Assembly: GCA_049412325.1 (NCBI GenBank)
Contig: JBMSEL010000007.1
Coordinates: forward strand, 4,626 to 68,625
Source of the DNA: Poseidonia sp.
GTDB lineage: Archaea; Thermoplasmatota; Poseidoniia; Poseidoniales; Poseidoniaceae
Length of the DNA stretch: 64,000 nucleotides
Reading direction: 5' to 3'
Part shown: in pieces, positions 9,284 to 18,847 of the stretch
How the letters are laid out: each line of letters opens with the position of its first letter
Position numbering within the stretch: the first letter of the stretch is position 1
Translations under genes and position numbers: made by a program
The notes under the pieces: model-generated
What the model was told of the DNA's origin: nothing
What the model saw: only the letters and a program-made list of their open reading frames with translations
Database searches by the model: none

Positions 9284-11323
9284 AGGAGCGCGACCTGCAT
9301 GACGATGATTCACATCACGTTGCCGGATGGTACGGTGAACGAATACGCCGCTGGCATCACCTGCGCCGATGTCATCACCGATGCGTTGGGCAAGAAACAC
9401 GGCTGCCTCGCCGCCAAAGTCGACGGGCAAGAATGCGATTTGTCCACGATCTTGAACGACAACTGCTCCGTGGAAGGAATCCTCTCCGAATCCGACGAAG
9501 GCATGCACATCCTCCGACACTCGGCCGCCCACTTGCTCGCTCAAGCGGTGATGGCGCTCTATCCGGGTGCCTTGCCCACGATTGGCCCGGCCATTGACCG
9601 AGGCTTCTACTACGATTTTGCCATGGAGCCCATCACCGAAGGCGATTTGAAAACCATCGAGAAGAAAATGCAAGAGATCGCTCGGCGAAACCTGACGGTT
9701 GAGCGGGTTGAGCTCGACCAAACAACGCTCCGGGAGCACTTTGAATCCAATCCATACAAACTCGAAATCATCGACGACAAGCTGGAAGCCGGCGACGGTT
9801 CAACCATCTACAAACAAGGCGAGTGGTACGACCTGTGCCTCGGCCCCCACGTGCCAAGCACGGCCAAACTGATGTTTGTCCGATTGACATCCGTATCCAC
9901 GGCGTACTGGCGAGGCGACCAAGATCGCGAGCAGTTGGTTCGAATCTACGGCATGGTCGAGCCGACCAAAGAGGCTCTCAAAGCAACGATGACACGCATG
10001 GAGGAAGCCAAGAAGCGCGACCATCGTAAGCTGGGCAAGGACCTGCAACTCTTCCACATCGACGAAGAAGTTGGCCAGGGGCTCATCCTGTGGACGCCTC
10101 GTGGCGCCATCGTTCGTCAAGAACTGCAGGATTTCATCTCCTACCACCTCCGAAGGCAAGGCTATTCACAAGTATTCACGCCTCACATCGGAAAGTTGGA
10201 CCTTTACCGAACATCCGGCCATTTCCCCTATTACCAGGATTCGCAATATCCACCACTCGTTGAGCGCGACCTGATGAAGAAACTCGCTGATGAAGGATGC
10301 ACGTGCGGCGAACTCTCCAACATGATGAAAGTCGGTGAAATCGATGGCTACATGCTCAAACCGATGAATTGCCCGCATCACGTGAAAATTTACGCCAGCC
10401 AAGCGCGCTCCTATCGCAACCTTCCGTTGCGCCTTGCTGAATTCGGTACCGTGTATCGATGGGAACAATCCGGAGAGATTTCAGGAATGACCCGCGTGCG
10501 AGGCTTCACACAAGACGACGCCCATTTGTTCGTCACCGAGGACCAGCTCGCTGACGAGGTGCTCGGCTGCATTGAACTCGTGCAGATCATCTTCGACAAA
10601 CTCGGCATGGAAGACTACCGTGTTCGAGTGGGTCTTCGAGACCCGGACTCCTCCAAGTACGTTGGCGACCCTCAGCGCTGGGACAAGGCCGAGGAAGCCT
10701 GCAGGGCAGCCGCTGAATCTCTCGGGGTGCCGTGGTCGGAGGAAGAAGGTGAAGCGGCCTTTTACGGGCCAAAAATCGACTTCGTCGTGAAGGATGTGAT
10801 CGGTCGTGAATGGCAACTGGGAACCGTTCAGGTGGATTACAACCTTCCCGAGCGGTTTGACTTGACCTACAAGGGCCGAGACGGAGAACTCCATCGCCCG
10901 GTCATGATTCATCGTGCTCCGTTCGGCTCGATGGAGCGGTTCTGCGGCGTCCTCATCGAACACTTTGCCGGTCGCTTCCCGACTTGGCTCACACCAACGC
11001 AATGTCATGTCATCACCATCCGCGAAGAGCACGCCGAATACGCTGGCCGGGTTGCTGATGGCTTGCGTGAAGCAGGTGTTCGGGTTGAACTCGACGATTC
11101 AGACAACAACATCATGAAGAAAATCAGAAACCATCGTAAACTCCAACCCGCCTACCTCATCATCCTCGGCGATGAAGAAGTCCAGCAAGAAACGGTCAGC
11201 CTTCGAGCCAGAAACGGCGATCAAACCGCTGGCATTCCCTTGGCGACCTTCATTGAAGACATCGCTCGCGAGATCAGCGACAAAACACCTCAGCCTTCCC
11301 TTGTTCCCCCGTCAACCGAGTGA
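9281..11323 (+). CDS. thrS: Threonine--tRNA ligase (TGS-domain, bacterial/eukaryote-like class II architecture). The likely ATG start is at ~9299.
   Basis: N-terminal TGS fold (MIHITLPDGT...), second-domain HxxxH (RHSAAHLLA), a CPHH zinc site and HRAPFGSMERF (class II motif 3). Confidence 0.95.
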   Translation: MRSATCMTMIHITLPDGTVNEYAAGITCADVITDALGKKHGCLAAKVDGQECDLSTILNDNCSVEGILSESDEGMHILRHSAAHLLAQAVMALYPGALPTIGPAIDRGFYYDFAMEPITEGDLKTIEKKMQEIARRNLTVERVELDQTTLREHFESNPYKLEIIDDKLEAGDGSTIYKQGEWYDLCLGPHVPSTAKLMFVRLTSVSTAYWRGDQDREQLVRIYGMVEPTKEALKATMTRMEEAKKRDHRKLGKDLQLFHIDEEVGQGLILWTPRGAIVRQELQDFISYHLRRQGYSQVFTPHIGKLDLYRTSGHFPYYQDSQYPPLVERDLMKKLADEGCTCGELSNMMKVGEIDGYMLKPMNCPHHVKIYASQARSYRNLPLRLAEFGTVYRWEQSGEISGMTRVRGFTQDDAHLFVTEDQLADEVLGCIELVQIIFDKLGMEDYRVRVGLRDPDSSKYVGDPQRWDKAEEACRAAAESLGVPWSEEEGEAAFYGPKIDFVVKDVIGREWQLGTVQVDYNLPERFDLTYKGRDGELHRPVMIHRAPFGSMERFCGVLIEHFAGRFPTWLTPTQCHVITIREEHAEYAGRVADGLREAGVRVELDDSDNNIMKKIRNHRKLQPAYLIILGDEEVQQETVSLRARNGDQTAGIPLATFIEDIAREISDKTPQPSLVPPSTE

Positions 11324-11329
11324 GGTAGC

Positions 11330-13858
11330 ATGACATCACCGTCCATCATCCACGCTTACGATGGCGACATGGTCGGGCCCCTGCTCCTCGCCATCCTCAC
11401 TGCGGCCTTCTTTTGGAGGAACGTGGTTCCACGGCAACTGAAAGGGTTGCAAGTCGCGTTTCCCACCGGGCCTCGAACCTACGAAGTGCACAAGGTTACA
11501 GCCACGTTGGACGACGTGCGCAAATTGTTGGGTCGCCGAGGGACGCGCTTAGGCGTCATCTCCTACTTGATGGCCCTGACCGGGTCGCTGGTGTTGTTGT
11601 TTGAATTCCTCAATTTTCGAGCAGGTAACTCAGCAGGTTACCATGCGCCCTCGGTCATGTTCGCGTTGGTGCTCATCGTCATCCCCGCTATCGTTTCAAG
11701 TGGGACCTCCCTGGGCGCTCAAATCATCAAACCTCACGGCGTGAGCAGGGCGTCCCTCCAAAGCAACTCCACCCTTCGAAACGCCTCCTACTTCGCCCTC
11801 ACCTTGGCGTGGTTATTGCTCGCCATGGGGGTTGGCGTCATGATGATGACACGCAACGTGTCAAGCACCACCCTCTACAGCACCATGGCCCTTGTTGCCT
11901 TCAGTCCAGCCATTCTCGCCTACGGCCGAGTGCTCGGTTCGTCGTGGCACGCCCTGAAACAGTCGTCTGAACAAATTGCCAAGGGACGGGCTTCACCGTT
12001 CCACAACCATCTCCCGAACGCCCGACAGCAATTCATCGCTCAAGTGGTTCACCTCAACTTGGTGGTGATGCCGTTTGTGGCTGCCAACACCGTCCTCTCG
12101 CTGATTCTTTTGGCGTACAATCCGGACATGTTTGTGCATTCAGACCGCGTGCTGAATCTCCCTGAATACCGCCTTCAATCCACCTACATGGAAGAAGGCG
12201 GACTGCTCGGGTTTGGTCTGATTGAGTTGTTCTCTCATATCCCACAAGCAGGCATTCGTGTACCCATCGTCACCACCTTGCTGTTGTTCCTCTTGCTCAA
12301 CGTCGCCGCCATCGGTTTCCTCTTCGTTTACGAAGTGGCTCGCATCTTGTTCCTCGATATCCAGGATGTTTCCGGACGTGGCGGCATCCGACTGGCTGAC
12401 AGTCGGTTGCTCCGTGCCGAGCCCATCCAGCAAGCCCACGTGCTCAACTTCTGCTTCACGGGTTTCGCCGGCCAGTCCATGTTGTTGCTCGCTCTGGCGA
12501 TGATCACCTTCTGGGACTCCAGTTTCCTGCCTCAGGGCGCACAGTGCGGTAAGTGGGAGGCCGATGTCTGTGCGGTCTTGGAAAAAGACATGCTCGAACA
12601 ATTGACGTGGATGCTGGCATCGGCCGGTCAAGTGGCGTTCTTGGTGGTGTGGGGTCTGTCTCGGAGCCGATCCACGCAACTTGACGAAATCACGTTCGAC
12701 GCGTCAATGGATGAAGATCGAACCCGCCTGCGAGGCATGAGCGACATGATTTACCTCAAGCAGCGCCCTACTGCAGAACTGCTTGGCAACGATGATTGGA
12801 ACACCGCCATCGAACGCTACGAGGCTTCAACGCAGGGCCACGAAGCCATGCTGGTGGGGTTGGACATGATCCGCTCCACGCAAGCGAAGATGTTACTTCA
12901 TGTCGGTTTAGGTCGATGGGACGAAGCCGAAGAGATGGCTGTTGACCTTCTCGCCCTTCAAGGAGGGCGGGACGCCCAAACCGCACGGCTCGTGCTGTGC
13001 GCAGCCAGTCTGGCTCAACGAGACTACCAAGAGGCCATCCCCCGATTGGCGCTGCTCAACAACGACGATGTTGAGGCGGTTCGGTTGCGCTGGGTGGCCA
13101 GTCTTCTCACCGGCAAGCAGCACCTTGACCCAGACGGCCAATCCATGCTCAGCGTTGATCCACTTCGTAAAAACAACATTCGCCTGTTGAACGAATTCGA
13201 GCAAGGCGAGACCTCCTTGCGAAACACCCCCGTTCGCCAACCTGCTCAACGCAGCATGTACCTTGCCGAAATCGCCCGCTTGCGCATGATGGGTCGAAGC
13301 GAAGAAGCGCTCAATCACCTTGAGCGAACGATGAGCGCGCTGGATGATTCAGGATGGGTTCAGGGAAGGTTGGTGGAGGCCTTGTTAAATTTTGATGACG
13401 GACGCACGCTGACGGCCATCAACACCGTGAAAGAACTCGCGAAGAACCACCCTCGCCATCCTCACGTCAGGGCCGTACTTCACCAACTTGCGTTGCTCGG
13501 CAAGGCGACGCGCCCTCCTTCCGAACCCACCAACATTCACTGGATGCTCGAGCGGGAAACCGACTGGAGGCAGGCGTGGCCACTGCACAATGTGGCCGTC
13601 GCACCCGTCCTCGACACGCAAGAACTCAAGCAGCACGCCCTCAAGGCCAACGCATGGTCACTTCTCCTCAGTGGCCAAGGCGTAGGGAAACACGCTGGAA
13701 AGAAGGCGTACAAGCGGCTTCCCGATGAAGTGCCAATCGGCTTGTACACCCATCTCGGAGGCCTCACCATCACCATCGCCGGCATGCCGGTCGACCTTGG
13801 CCTCCCATCAGACATTGACATCGGTTCAGCACGGAAGCTCGGGTTGCTTGAGGCCTGA
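11330..13858 (+). CDS. Large polytopic membrane protein (~10 TM) with a C-terminal TPR-like helical domain
   Basis: 842-aa ORF. The N-terminal 450 aa are rich in hydrophobic helices; the C-terminal 390 aa are helical-repeat-like (LALQGGRDAQTARLVLCAASLAQRDYQEA...). No catalytic motif. Confidence 0.5.
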   Translation: MTSPSIIHAYDGDMVGPLLLAILTAAFFWRNVVPRQLKGLQVAFPTGPRTYEVHKVTATLDDVRKLLGRRGTRLGVISYLMALTGSLVLLFEFLNFRAGNSAGYHAPSVMFALVLIVIPAIVSSGTSLGAQIIKPHGVSRASLQSNSTLRNASYFALTLAWLLLAMGVGVMMMTRNVSSTTLYSTMALVAFSPAILAYGRVLGSSWHALKQSSEQIAKGRASPFHNHLPNARQQFIAQVVHLNLVVMPFVAANTVLSLILLAYNPDMFVHSDRVLNLPEYRLQSTYMEEGGLLGFGLIELFSHIPQAGIRVPIVTTLLLFLLLNVAAIGFLFVYEVARILFLDIQDVSGRGGIRLADSRLLRAEPIQQAHVLNFCFTGFAGQSMLLLALAMITFWDSSFLPQGAQCGKWEADVCAVLEKDMLEQLTWMLASAGQVAFLVVWGLSRSRSTQLDEITFDASMDEDRTRLRGMSDMIYLKQRPTAELLGNDDWNTAIERYEASTQGHEAMLVGLDMIRSTQAKMLLHVGLGRWDEAEEMAVDLLALQGGRDAQTARLVLCAASLAQRDYQEAIPRLALLNNDDVEAVRLRWVASLLTGKQHLDPDGQSMLSVDPLRKNNIRLLNEFEQGETSLRNTPVRQPAQRSMYLAEIARLRMMGRSEEALNHLERTMSALDDSGWVQGRLVEALLNFDDGRTLTAINTVKELAKNHPRHPHVRAVLHQLALLGKATRPPSEPTNIHWMLERETDWRQAWPLHNVAVAPVLDTQELKQHALKANAWSLLLSGQGVGKHAGKKAYKRLPDEVPIGLYTHLGGLTITIAGMPVDLGLPSDIDIGSARKLGLLEA

Positions 13859-15616
13859 TCAGATACGACGACGCAAGCGTTCCATCGCCCCGTCAGCGAC
13901 GCCCAAGGCCTCCAATGCTTCCTCGAGGCGTGCCACGGAGAGGTGATCCTCTGCCAAGGCCACCGCCTCTTCAACGGCGCGGCGGTCTTCGTCCGTGGCC
14001 TTGATGTGGGCGGCCTCGCACTGATTGCGAAGCACGGCCCATTGCTGCGCCACGAAGTCGTAGAGTTCCTTTGCTTCCTCGGCGGCATGGCCTTCCCGGT
14101 CCAAAGCCGTGGTCATCTGCTCCAGCAACATCGCAGCATGACTCCAAATTCGGTCGTCAGCAGCGGCGACAATGTCGACCAGCATCGCTTCCCAGCGGTC
14201 CTTGTCATCCCGCCCTTCGTAGCGTTGCTTGAGTTTCTTTTTCTGCTTCAGTGCACGCAACACGTCATCCATCGCCGCCCGCTCACGCTCAAGTGTTCGT
14301 ACCACTCCGTCTGCCAACCCGATGGCTTGACTGGCATTACCACTGGCGAGGGCCTGCGAGGCCTGTTCCAATCGCATTTCCATGTCCGACGTGTCAAGGC
14401 CATCGCTCTGTTCAACACTGCGATGTGCCTCCTCAACCGACCGTTCAGCCCGCTCGATGGCATCGGCATCGGCTTCCAATTGCGGAAGAATCACGATGGC
14501 GATTTCGTAGGCCTCTTTTGGTTGCTCTTTGGCGAGATGCGCCTTCGCCTCTGCCAACATCTCTCGAAGTTGTTTGGCACCCGCGCCGCTCTTGCCGTCC
14601 AACGCCCGTGTGGCTTCCGTGATGGCTTCCTCGGCCTTGGCCCACCACGAAATGGTCTCAGAAGCACGCTTCTTGGCCTGGCGATAGAGTTGCTCACCTT
14701 CCCGAAGCGACCCGAGTTTCACCTCGCGCTCGCCCATCTCGTAGGCTTTCCGAGGGCGTTTCACCGTGGGTGCAATGGCTTCGGCTTGTTCAACCGCTGT
14801 CAAGGCGTCTTGACGGATGATTTCAACATCATCGGCGAAGGAAAGAGCACGTTCCATGTCCTCCTCGCTTTCATCGAGCAGACGCATGCCATAATCAGGG
14901 TCGAGATGACCCTCTTCCTTTGCCGTGGTCAACAAGCTGGCTGCCTGGGCAACAGCGGCCCCTTGGGCCTTGAGTTCCAACAATCGGGTTTCCAGACGAT
15001 CAAGGCGCTGCCTGAATCGCTTTCGTTCAACCTTCTGGTCGTCGCCTACCGTCCAAGTGTAGGTGGTGTCGGCCACCGCCACGGCACATACACCAAGCGC
15101 CAGCAACATCGGCGGCTCGGCGTACGCCTCTCCGGAGGTGAGCGTGAGGGCCAAGGCAGAGAGTGTGCCAATGCCGGTCAGGATGGCTCGATAGCGGAGG
15201 ACGCCGAAATGACCGCGCATTGTGCGATGGGAAAGGTGCCTGCACATCACACCGGAAATGAAGATCAATCCGCTACCGGCCATCGTAGCAACCTCGCCTT
15301 CAAACCCAAGTCCGCCAAGGCACATCAAGAGTGGCCAGGCGACTGAAGTCGCTGAAGCCACTCGGGAACGGGCTGCACCGTCATCGAGGGTCAAGTCCTG
15401 AACGAAAATACCCCAAATGAGCACGAGGAGCGGCGCTCCAAAGCTCGCAAGCACCACGCCGTCCCCGTTGCTCAATCCTCGTATAGAGGGCCAAGCAAGC
15501 CACACGGCACAGAGCAGGAGAGAGAGCGCCGACACCAGGGTGGCATTTTCCACACGCTTGATGCGTAAGGCCCGCTCGGCTTCAACGGCTGCATCTGCAT
15601 CCGCCCACGTGACCAT
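13859..15616 (-). CDS. Membrane-anchored protein with a long cytoplasmic coiled-coil/alpha-helical region
   Basis: N-terminal ~200 aa with 5-6 TM helices, then ~380 aa of E/A/R/L-rich heptad-like sequence. The antisense ORF 13943..15346 has junk composition. Confidence 0.5.
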   Translation of the reverse strand: MVTWADADAAVEAERALRIKRVENATLVSALSLLLCAVWLAWPSIRGLSNGDGVVLASFGAPLLVLIWGIFVQDLTLDDGAARSRVASATSVAWPLLMCLGGLGFEGEVATMAGSGLIFISGVMCRHLSHRTMRGHFGVLRYRAILTGIGTLSALALTLTSGEAYAEPPMLLALGVCAVAVADTTYTWTVGDDQKVERKRFRQRLDRLETRLLELKAQGAAVAQAASLLTTAKEEGHLDPDYGMRLLDESEEDMERALSFADDVEIIRQDALTAVEQAEAIAPTVKRPRKAYEMGEREVKLGSLREGEQLYRQAKKRASETISWWAKAEEAITEATRALDGKSGAGAKQLREMLAEAKAHLAKEQPKEAYEIAIVILPQLEADADAIERAERSVEEAHRSVEQSDGLDTSDMEMRLEQASQALASGNASQAIGLADGVVRTLERERAAMDDVLRALKQKKKLKQRYEGRDDKDRWEAMLVDIVAAADDRIWSHAAMLLEQMTTALDREGHAAEEAKELYDFVAQQWAVLRNQCEAAHIKATDEDRRAVEEAVALAEDHLSVARLEEALEALGVADGAMERLRRRI

Positions 15617-15708
15617 AAAGAGCGCTCACCATGATTCCCCCATAATCACTCCGCTAACCTGTCCGACCGTGAGCGACACTCAAGGCAAACCAGCGGCAAG
15701 GTTCAAGG

Positions 15709-16686
15709 GTGTTATCGGGTTGTATTCTCAACCGAGGGAACACGATGCCGGGACTCATTACCATGGATGACTTATCCAACGAAGACATCTTGAGCATTCT
15801 TGACGATGCTGAGCGCCTGCTGCCCGTGGCCAAAGGCGAGCACTATCTTCCCCTCCTCCAAGGGAAAATCCTCGGCAACCTGTTCTTCGAACCCAGCACC
15901 CGCACACGTATGTCCTTTGAAACGGCCATGAAGCGCTTGGGCGGCGATGTTGTGAACCTGGGTGATGTCAAGACATCGTCGGTGGTCAAAGGCGAAACGC
16001 TGTTTGATACCATCCAAATGGTGGACGGCTACACCGACATTATCGCCATGCGCCACCCGCGTCAAGGGGCTGCGCAATACGCACAGGATGCTGCTCGCGT
16101 CCCCATCCTCAACGGAGGAGACGGCGCAGGCCACCACCCCACGCAAACCATGCTCGACCTGTTCACGATTCGCCAAGCCCACGGCCGCCTTGAGGGGCTG
16201 AAAGTCATCCTCGCCGGAGATTTGCGCTACGGGAGAACCGTCCACTCCCTGAGTCACGCACTGACCCGTTTCGGATGCGAACTCATCTTTGCCAGCCCCG
16301 AACTGCTCAAAATGCCTCGAGAGATTGTTTCGGACCTCACAGCCCATGGCGCCAATGTCACCGAAACCGATGACCTGCTTGGCTCCATTGCGTCGGCCGA
16401 CGTGGTCTACATGACCCGTATCCAAAAGGAACGTTTTGCTGACGAAGACGAATACGCCAAGGTAGCGGGCGCCTACAAACTCCACGCCTCAAACCTTGAG
16501 GGGTCAAAAGAGAGCATGATCATCATGCACCCGCTTCCCCGAGTGGACGAAATTCACCCCTCCGTTGACGCCACCCGGCATGCACGCTATTTCGAACAGG
16601 CCTTCAACGGCGTCGTGGCCCGAATGGCGTTGCTCTGCAGGCTGCTGAACGTGGAAGTCCCTGCCACCGTAGGAGGTGAGGCCTGA
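15709..16686 (+). CDS. pyrB: Aspartate carbamoyltransferase catalytic subunit. The probable true start is the MPGLITMDD methionine at ~15745.
   Basis: STRTR motif (FFEPSTRTRMSFE) and HPLP motif (IMHPLPRVDEI). The stop overlaps the pyrI start. Confidence 0.95.
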   Translation: MLSGCILNRGNTMPGLITMDDLSNEDILSILDDAERLLPVAKGEHYLPLLQGKILGNLFFEPSTRTRMSFETAMKRLGGDVVNLGDVKTSSVVKGETLFDTIQMVDGYTDIIAMRHPRQGAAQYAQDAARVPILNGGDGAGHHPTQTMLDLFTIRQAHGRLEGLKVILAGDLRYGRTVHSLSHALTRFGCELIFASPELLKMPREIVSDLTAHGANVTETDDLLGSIASADVVYMTRIQKERFADEDEYAKVAGAYKLHASNLEGSKESMIIMHPLPRVDEIHPSVDATRHARYFEQAFNGVVARMALLCRLLNVEVPATVGGEA

Positions 16687-17162
16687 TGTCTCAAGAACAC
16701 AACATGCGCCGTGTGACGGCCATTCGAAACGGCACCGTCATCGACCACATTCCTGCCGGACAAGCCATGCGTGTGCTGGAGATGCTCGGCATCAACAAAG
16801 GCACCTCCGTCCCCGTGTCGCTGGTCATGAACGTCCCCTCCAAGAAAAAAGGAACCAAGGACATCATCAAGGTCGAGGACCGGGAACTCAACCAAGACGA
16901 ACTCAACCGACTGGCCTTGGTGGCTCCTGACGCTCACGTCGCCATCATCCGTGCTTACATCGTCGCCGAGAAGTTGACCATTGAATTGGGTGATGAGATC
17001 AACAACGTGGTTCGTTGCACCTTTTCCAACTGCATAACAACCAACCCACGTGAACCTCTCGCTCATCGCCTCAAGGTCATGAGCAGGGTCCCCCTGGAGC
17101 TGCGCTGCCACTATTGTGGACGACCTCAAGACCTTGACAAATTGGTTCACAACGTGCTCTGA
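16686..17162 (+). CDS. pyrI: Aspartate carbamoyltransferase regulatory subunit
   Basis: N-terminal allosteric domain (VTAIRNGTVIDHIP) and a C-terminal Zn domain (CTFSNC...CHYCG). Translationally coupled to pyrB. Confidence 0.9.
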   Translation: MSQEHNMRRVTAIRNGTVIDHIPAGQAMRVLEMLGINKGTSVPVSLVMNVPSKKKGTKDIIKVEDRELNQDELNRLALVAPDAHVAIIRAYIVAEKLTIELGDEINNVVRCTFSNCITTNPREPLAHRLKVMSRVPLELRCHYCGRPQDLDKLVHNVL

Positions 17163-17165
17163 TGG

Positions 17166-18170
17166 TCATTCAACCCCGAGCAAGTCCCGCATATCACAGG
17201 CCTTGCATTGGGCTGCTGAAGTTGGGCTACCGCAACGAAGGCAAGGCGTTGGTGGAGCAGGCCGACCTTCGTCACCACCTAAGGCTACGACCTGATCCCT
17301 CAGTCCTTTGATTTGATCGGCCATTCGAACCAGACCATGTCGGGTGCCGGGCACATCCGCCTCCATGTGGGCCACCATTTCTCGGTGTCGCCACCGAAGA
17401 GCACCACGAGCGTTGGGGCACTCCTCATGGTGCATAGGGAGGGATTTGTGCAAGGCGTAGAGGTGGATTTCCTGTTCAGGAACCCAGCGCAACGGAACAA
17501 TTCTCGGCGCAAGACCGTCAACGGGCGTGGCCGTGTGTGGCGCGAGACGAAGGGTACGCTCAAGATCGGCGTTGGCCATGTTCATGAGAACGGTTTGGGC
17601 CATATCATCCAGATTGTGGCCCAAAGCGATGACATCAGCACCGACCTTGGTCGCAAGATGGTTGATGCCCTGTCGACGAAAGACGCCGCAATACGAGCAA
17701 GCCATGCGGGGCGCATCGTTGTCTTTGGCCATCACCATCGGCAGGCGTTGCACGACTTCGTCAATCTCAATAAACGATAATTCAGGGTACGTCACCACGT
17801 GATGTTCAACGCCCAACTGATTGCACAACGCTGCTGCACACTCAATTGATGGTGGCCGATAACCCTCAATGCCTTCGTCAACGGTTCCTGCGATGATGGT
17901 CACGTCTCGGCGCTTGCCCACCAAATCCACGATGGCATCGAGAAGCACAGCGGAGTCCTTGCCGCCGGAAACGGCCACGAGGATGGTCGTATGCTCGCCC
18001 TTCACCAGCGGAAGTTGGAGTCGGAGTTCCTTGCTGATCTTTTTCCTCACAGACTTCGCCAGGTGCTTTCCACAGAGGATTCTTCCTGAGTAGGCTTGTT
18101 CGACCACAGCGGGCTTGTCACAGGCATCGCAACGAGGCACAGCAAACAAGGCGCTCGGCGATTCCCCCAT
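17166..18170 (-). CDS. tRNA 2-thiolation PP-loop ATPase (TtuA/Ncs6/TtcA family)
   Basis: SGGKDS PP-loop, an N-terminal CxxC pair (CDAC...C) and a C-terminal CLRC...CKAC zinc-finger pair. Confidence 0.8.
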   Translation of the reverse strand: MGESPSALFAVPRCDACDKPAVVEQAYSGRILCGKHLAKSVRKKISKELRLQLPLVKGEHTTILVAVSGGKDSAVLLDAIVDLVGKRRDVTIIAGTVDEGIEGYRPPSIECAAALCNQLGVEHHVVTYPELSFIEIDEVVQRLPMVMAKDNDAPRMACSYCGVFRRQGINHLATKVGADVIALGHNLDDMAQTVLMNMANADLERTLRLAPHTATPVDGLAPRIVPLRWVPEQEIHLYALHKSLPMHHEECPNARGALRWRHREMVAHMEADVPGTRHGLVRMADQIKGLRDQVVALGGDEGRPAPPTPCLRCGSPTSAAQCKACDMRDLLGVE

Positions 18171-18235
18171 GATGTGGCGTGCATGGGATGAGGTTTGAAC
18201 TCAACGGAAAAGGATGAGGGGTCACCGGCGTTGAA

Positions 18236-18320
18236 ATCCACTGAAAAAAATGTTGAATATTACAGTTGAAGAATTAAATTTGCAATTGAAATATTTTATC
18301 AGACATGGCCGCCCAATCCT
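18236..18320. promoter_or_regulatory. AT-rich island in the 335-nt divergent intergenic region between the tRNA-thiolase gene and the roadblock operon; candidate TATA/BRE elements
   Basis: gaaaaaaatgttgaatattacagttgaagaattaaatttgcaattgaaatattttatc shows a local GC drop against the ~60% GC background. Confidence 0.4.
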
Positions 18321-18505
18321 CTACCGTTCTCGCCGTGTTTGACCAAAATCCCGCGCACTGAAGGCGATTCACGCACATCATGGCAACGACAAAAAATCTG
18401 CATTTCCAGTTGGAAAATGAGAAAGGGTGCCCAAACCTGCAAAATCCGACGCTCAAGCGCAAAACTTCTTGAAGGCTACAGCGGTGTCTGTGGGATTGAG
18501 CACCC

Positions 18506-18847
18506 ATGCTACAGCGCTTGTTGAAGGAATTCTTGAACGTCGGAGGGGTGGAACAGGCCACCGCCATCGACGACCGGGGGCGATTGCTCGCCAGCGTTGG
18601 AACAGAGGGCCAACTCCCTCTCACTCAGCGTGCCGTGGACATCACGGTCGCCGCCCTTGATGTGGCACAAGCCAGCGATTTAGGCGAACTCCAAGAAGTC
18701 TGGATCGAAGGCCAAACCACGACTTGCATCGACATTGTAACTCCCTATCGCATCCTGATGTTGTCAGGAGGCAAGAGCAACATTGCTCGCTGGCGCCACA
18801 GCGTTGACCGATTGCGTCGACAACTGGCCACAACCCATGAATTGTAG
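18506..18847 (+). CDS. Roadblock/LC7 (MglB-like) domain protein
   Basis: 113-aa ORF with a roadblock-like alpha-beta pattern (VEQATAIDDRGRLLASVG...VWIEGQTTTCIDIVTPYRILMLSG). The stop TAG is immediately followed by the GTG start of the next gene. Confidence 0.65.
   Translation: MLQRLLKEFLNVGGVEQATAIDDRGRLLASVGTEGQLPLTQRAVDITVAALDVAQASDLGELQEVWIEGQTTTCIDIVTPYRILMLSGGKSNIARWRHSVDRLRRQLATTHEL

Noticed and set aside
9281-9430. Apparent 1-nt frame inconsistency near the thrS 5' end when read by eye (around 9421)
   Set aside because: The supplied ORF track gives one continuous 680-aa ThrRS frame. Most likely a manual reading or indexing slip on my side rather than a real frameshift, so no pseudogene was called.
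13943-15346. 467-aa plus-strand ORF antisense to the membrane/coiled-coil gene
   Set aside because: L/R/G/H-rich nonsense composition, whereas the minus strand encodes clean TM helices and heptads.
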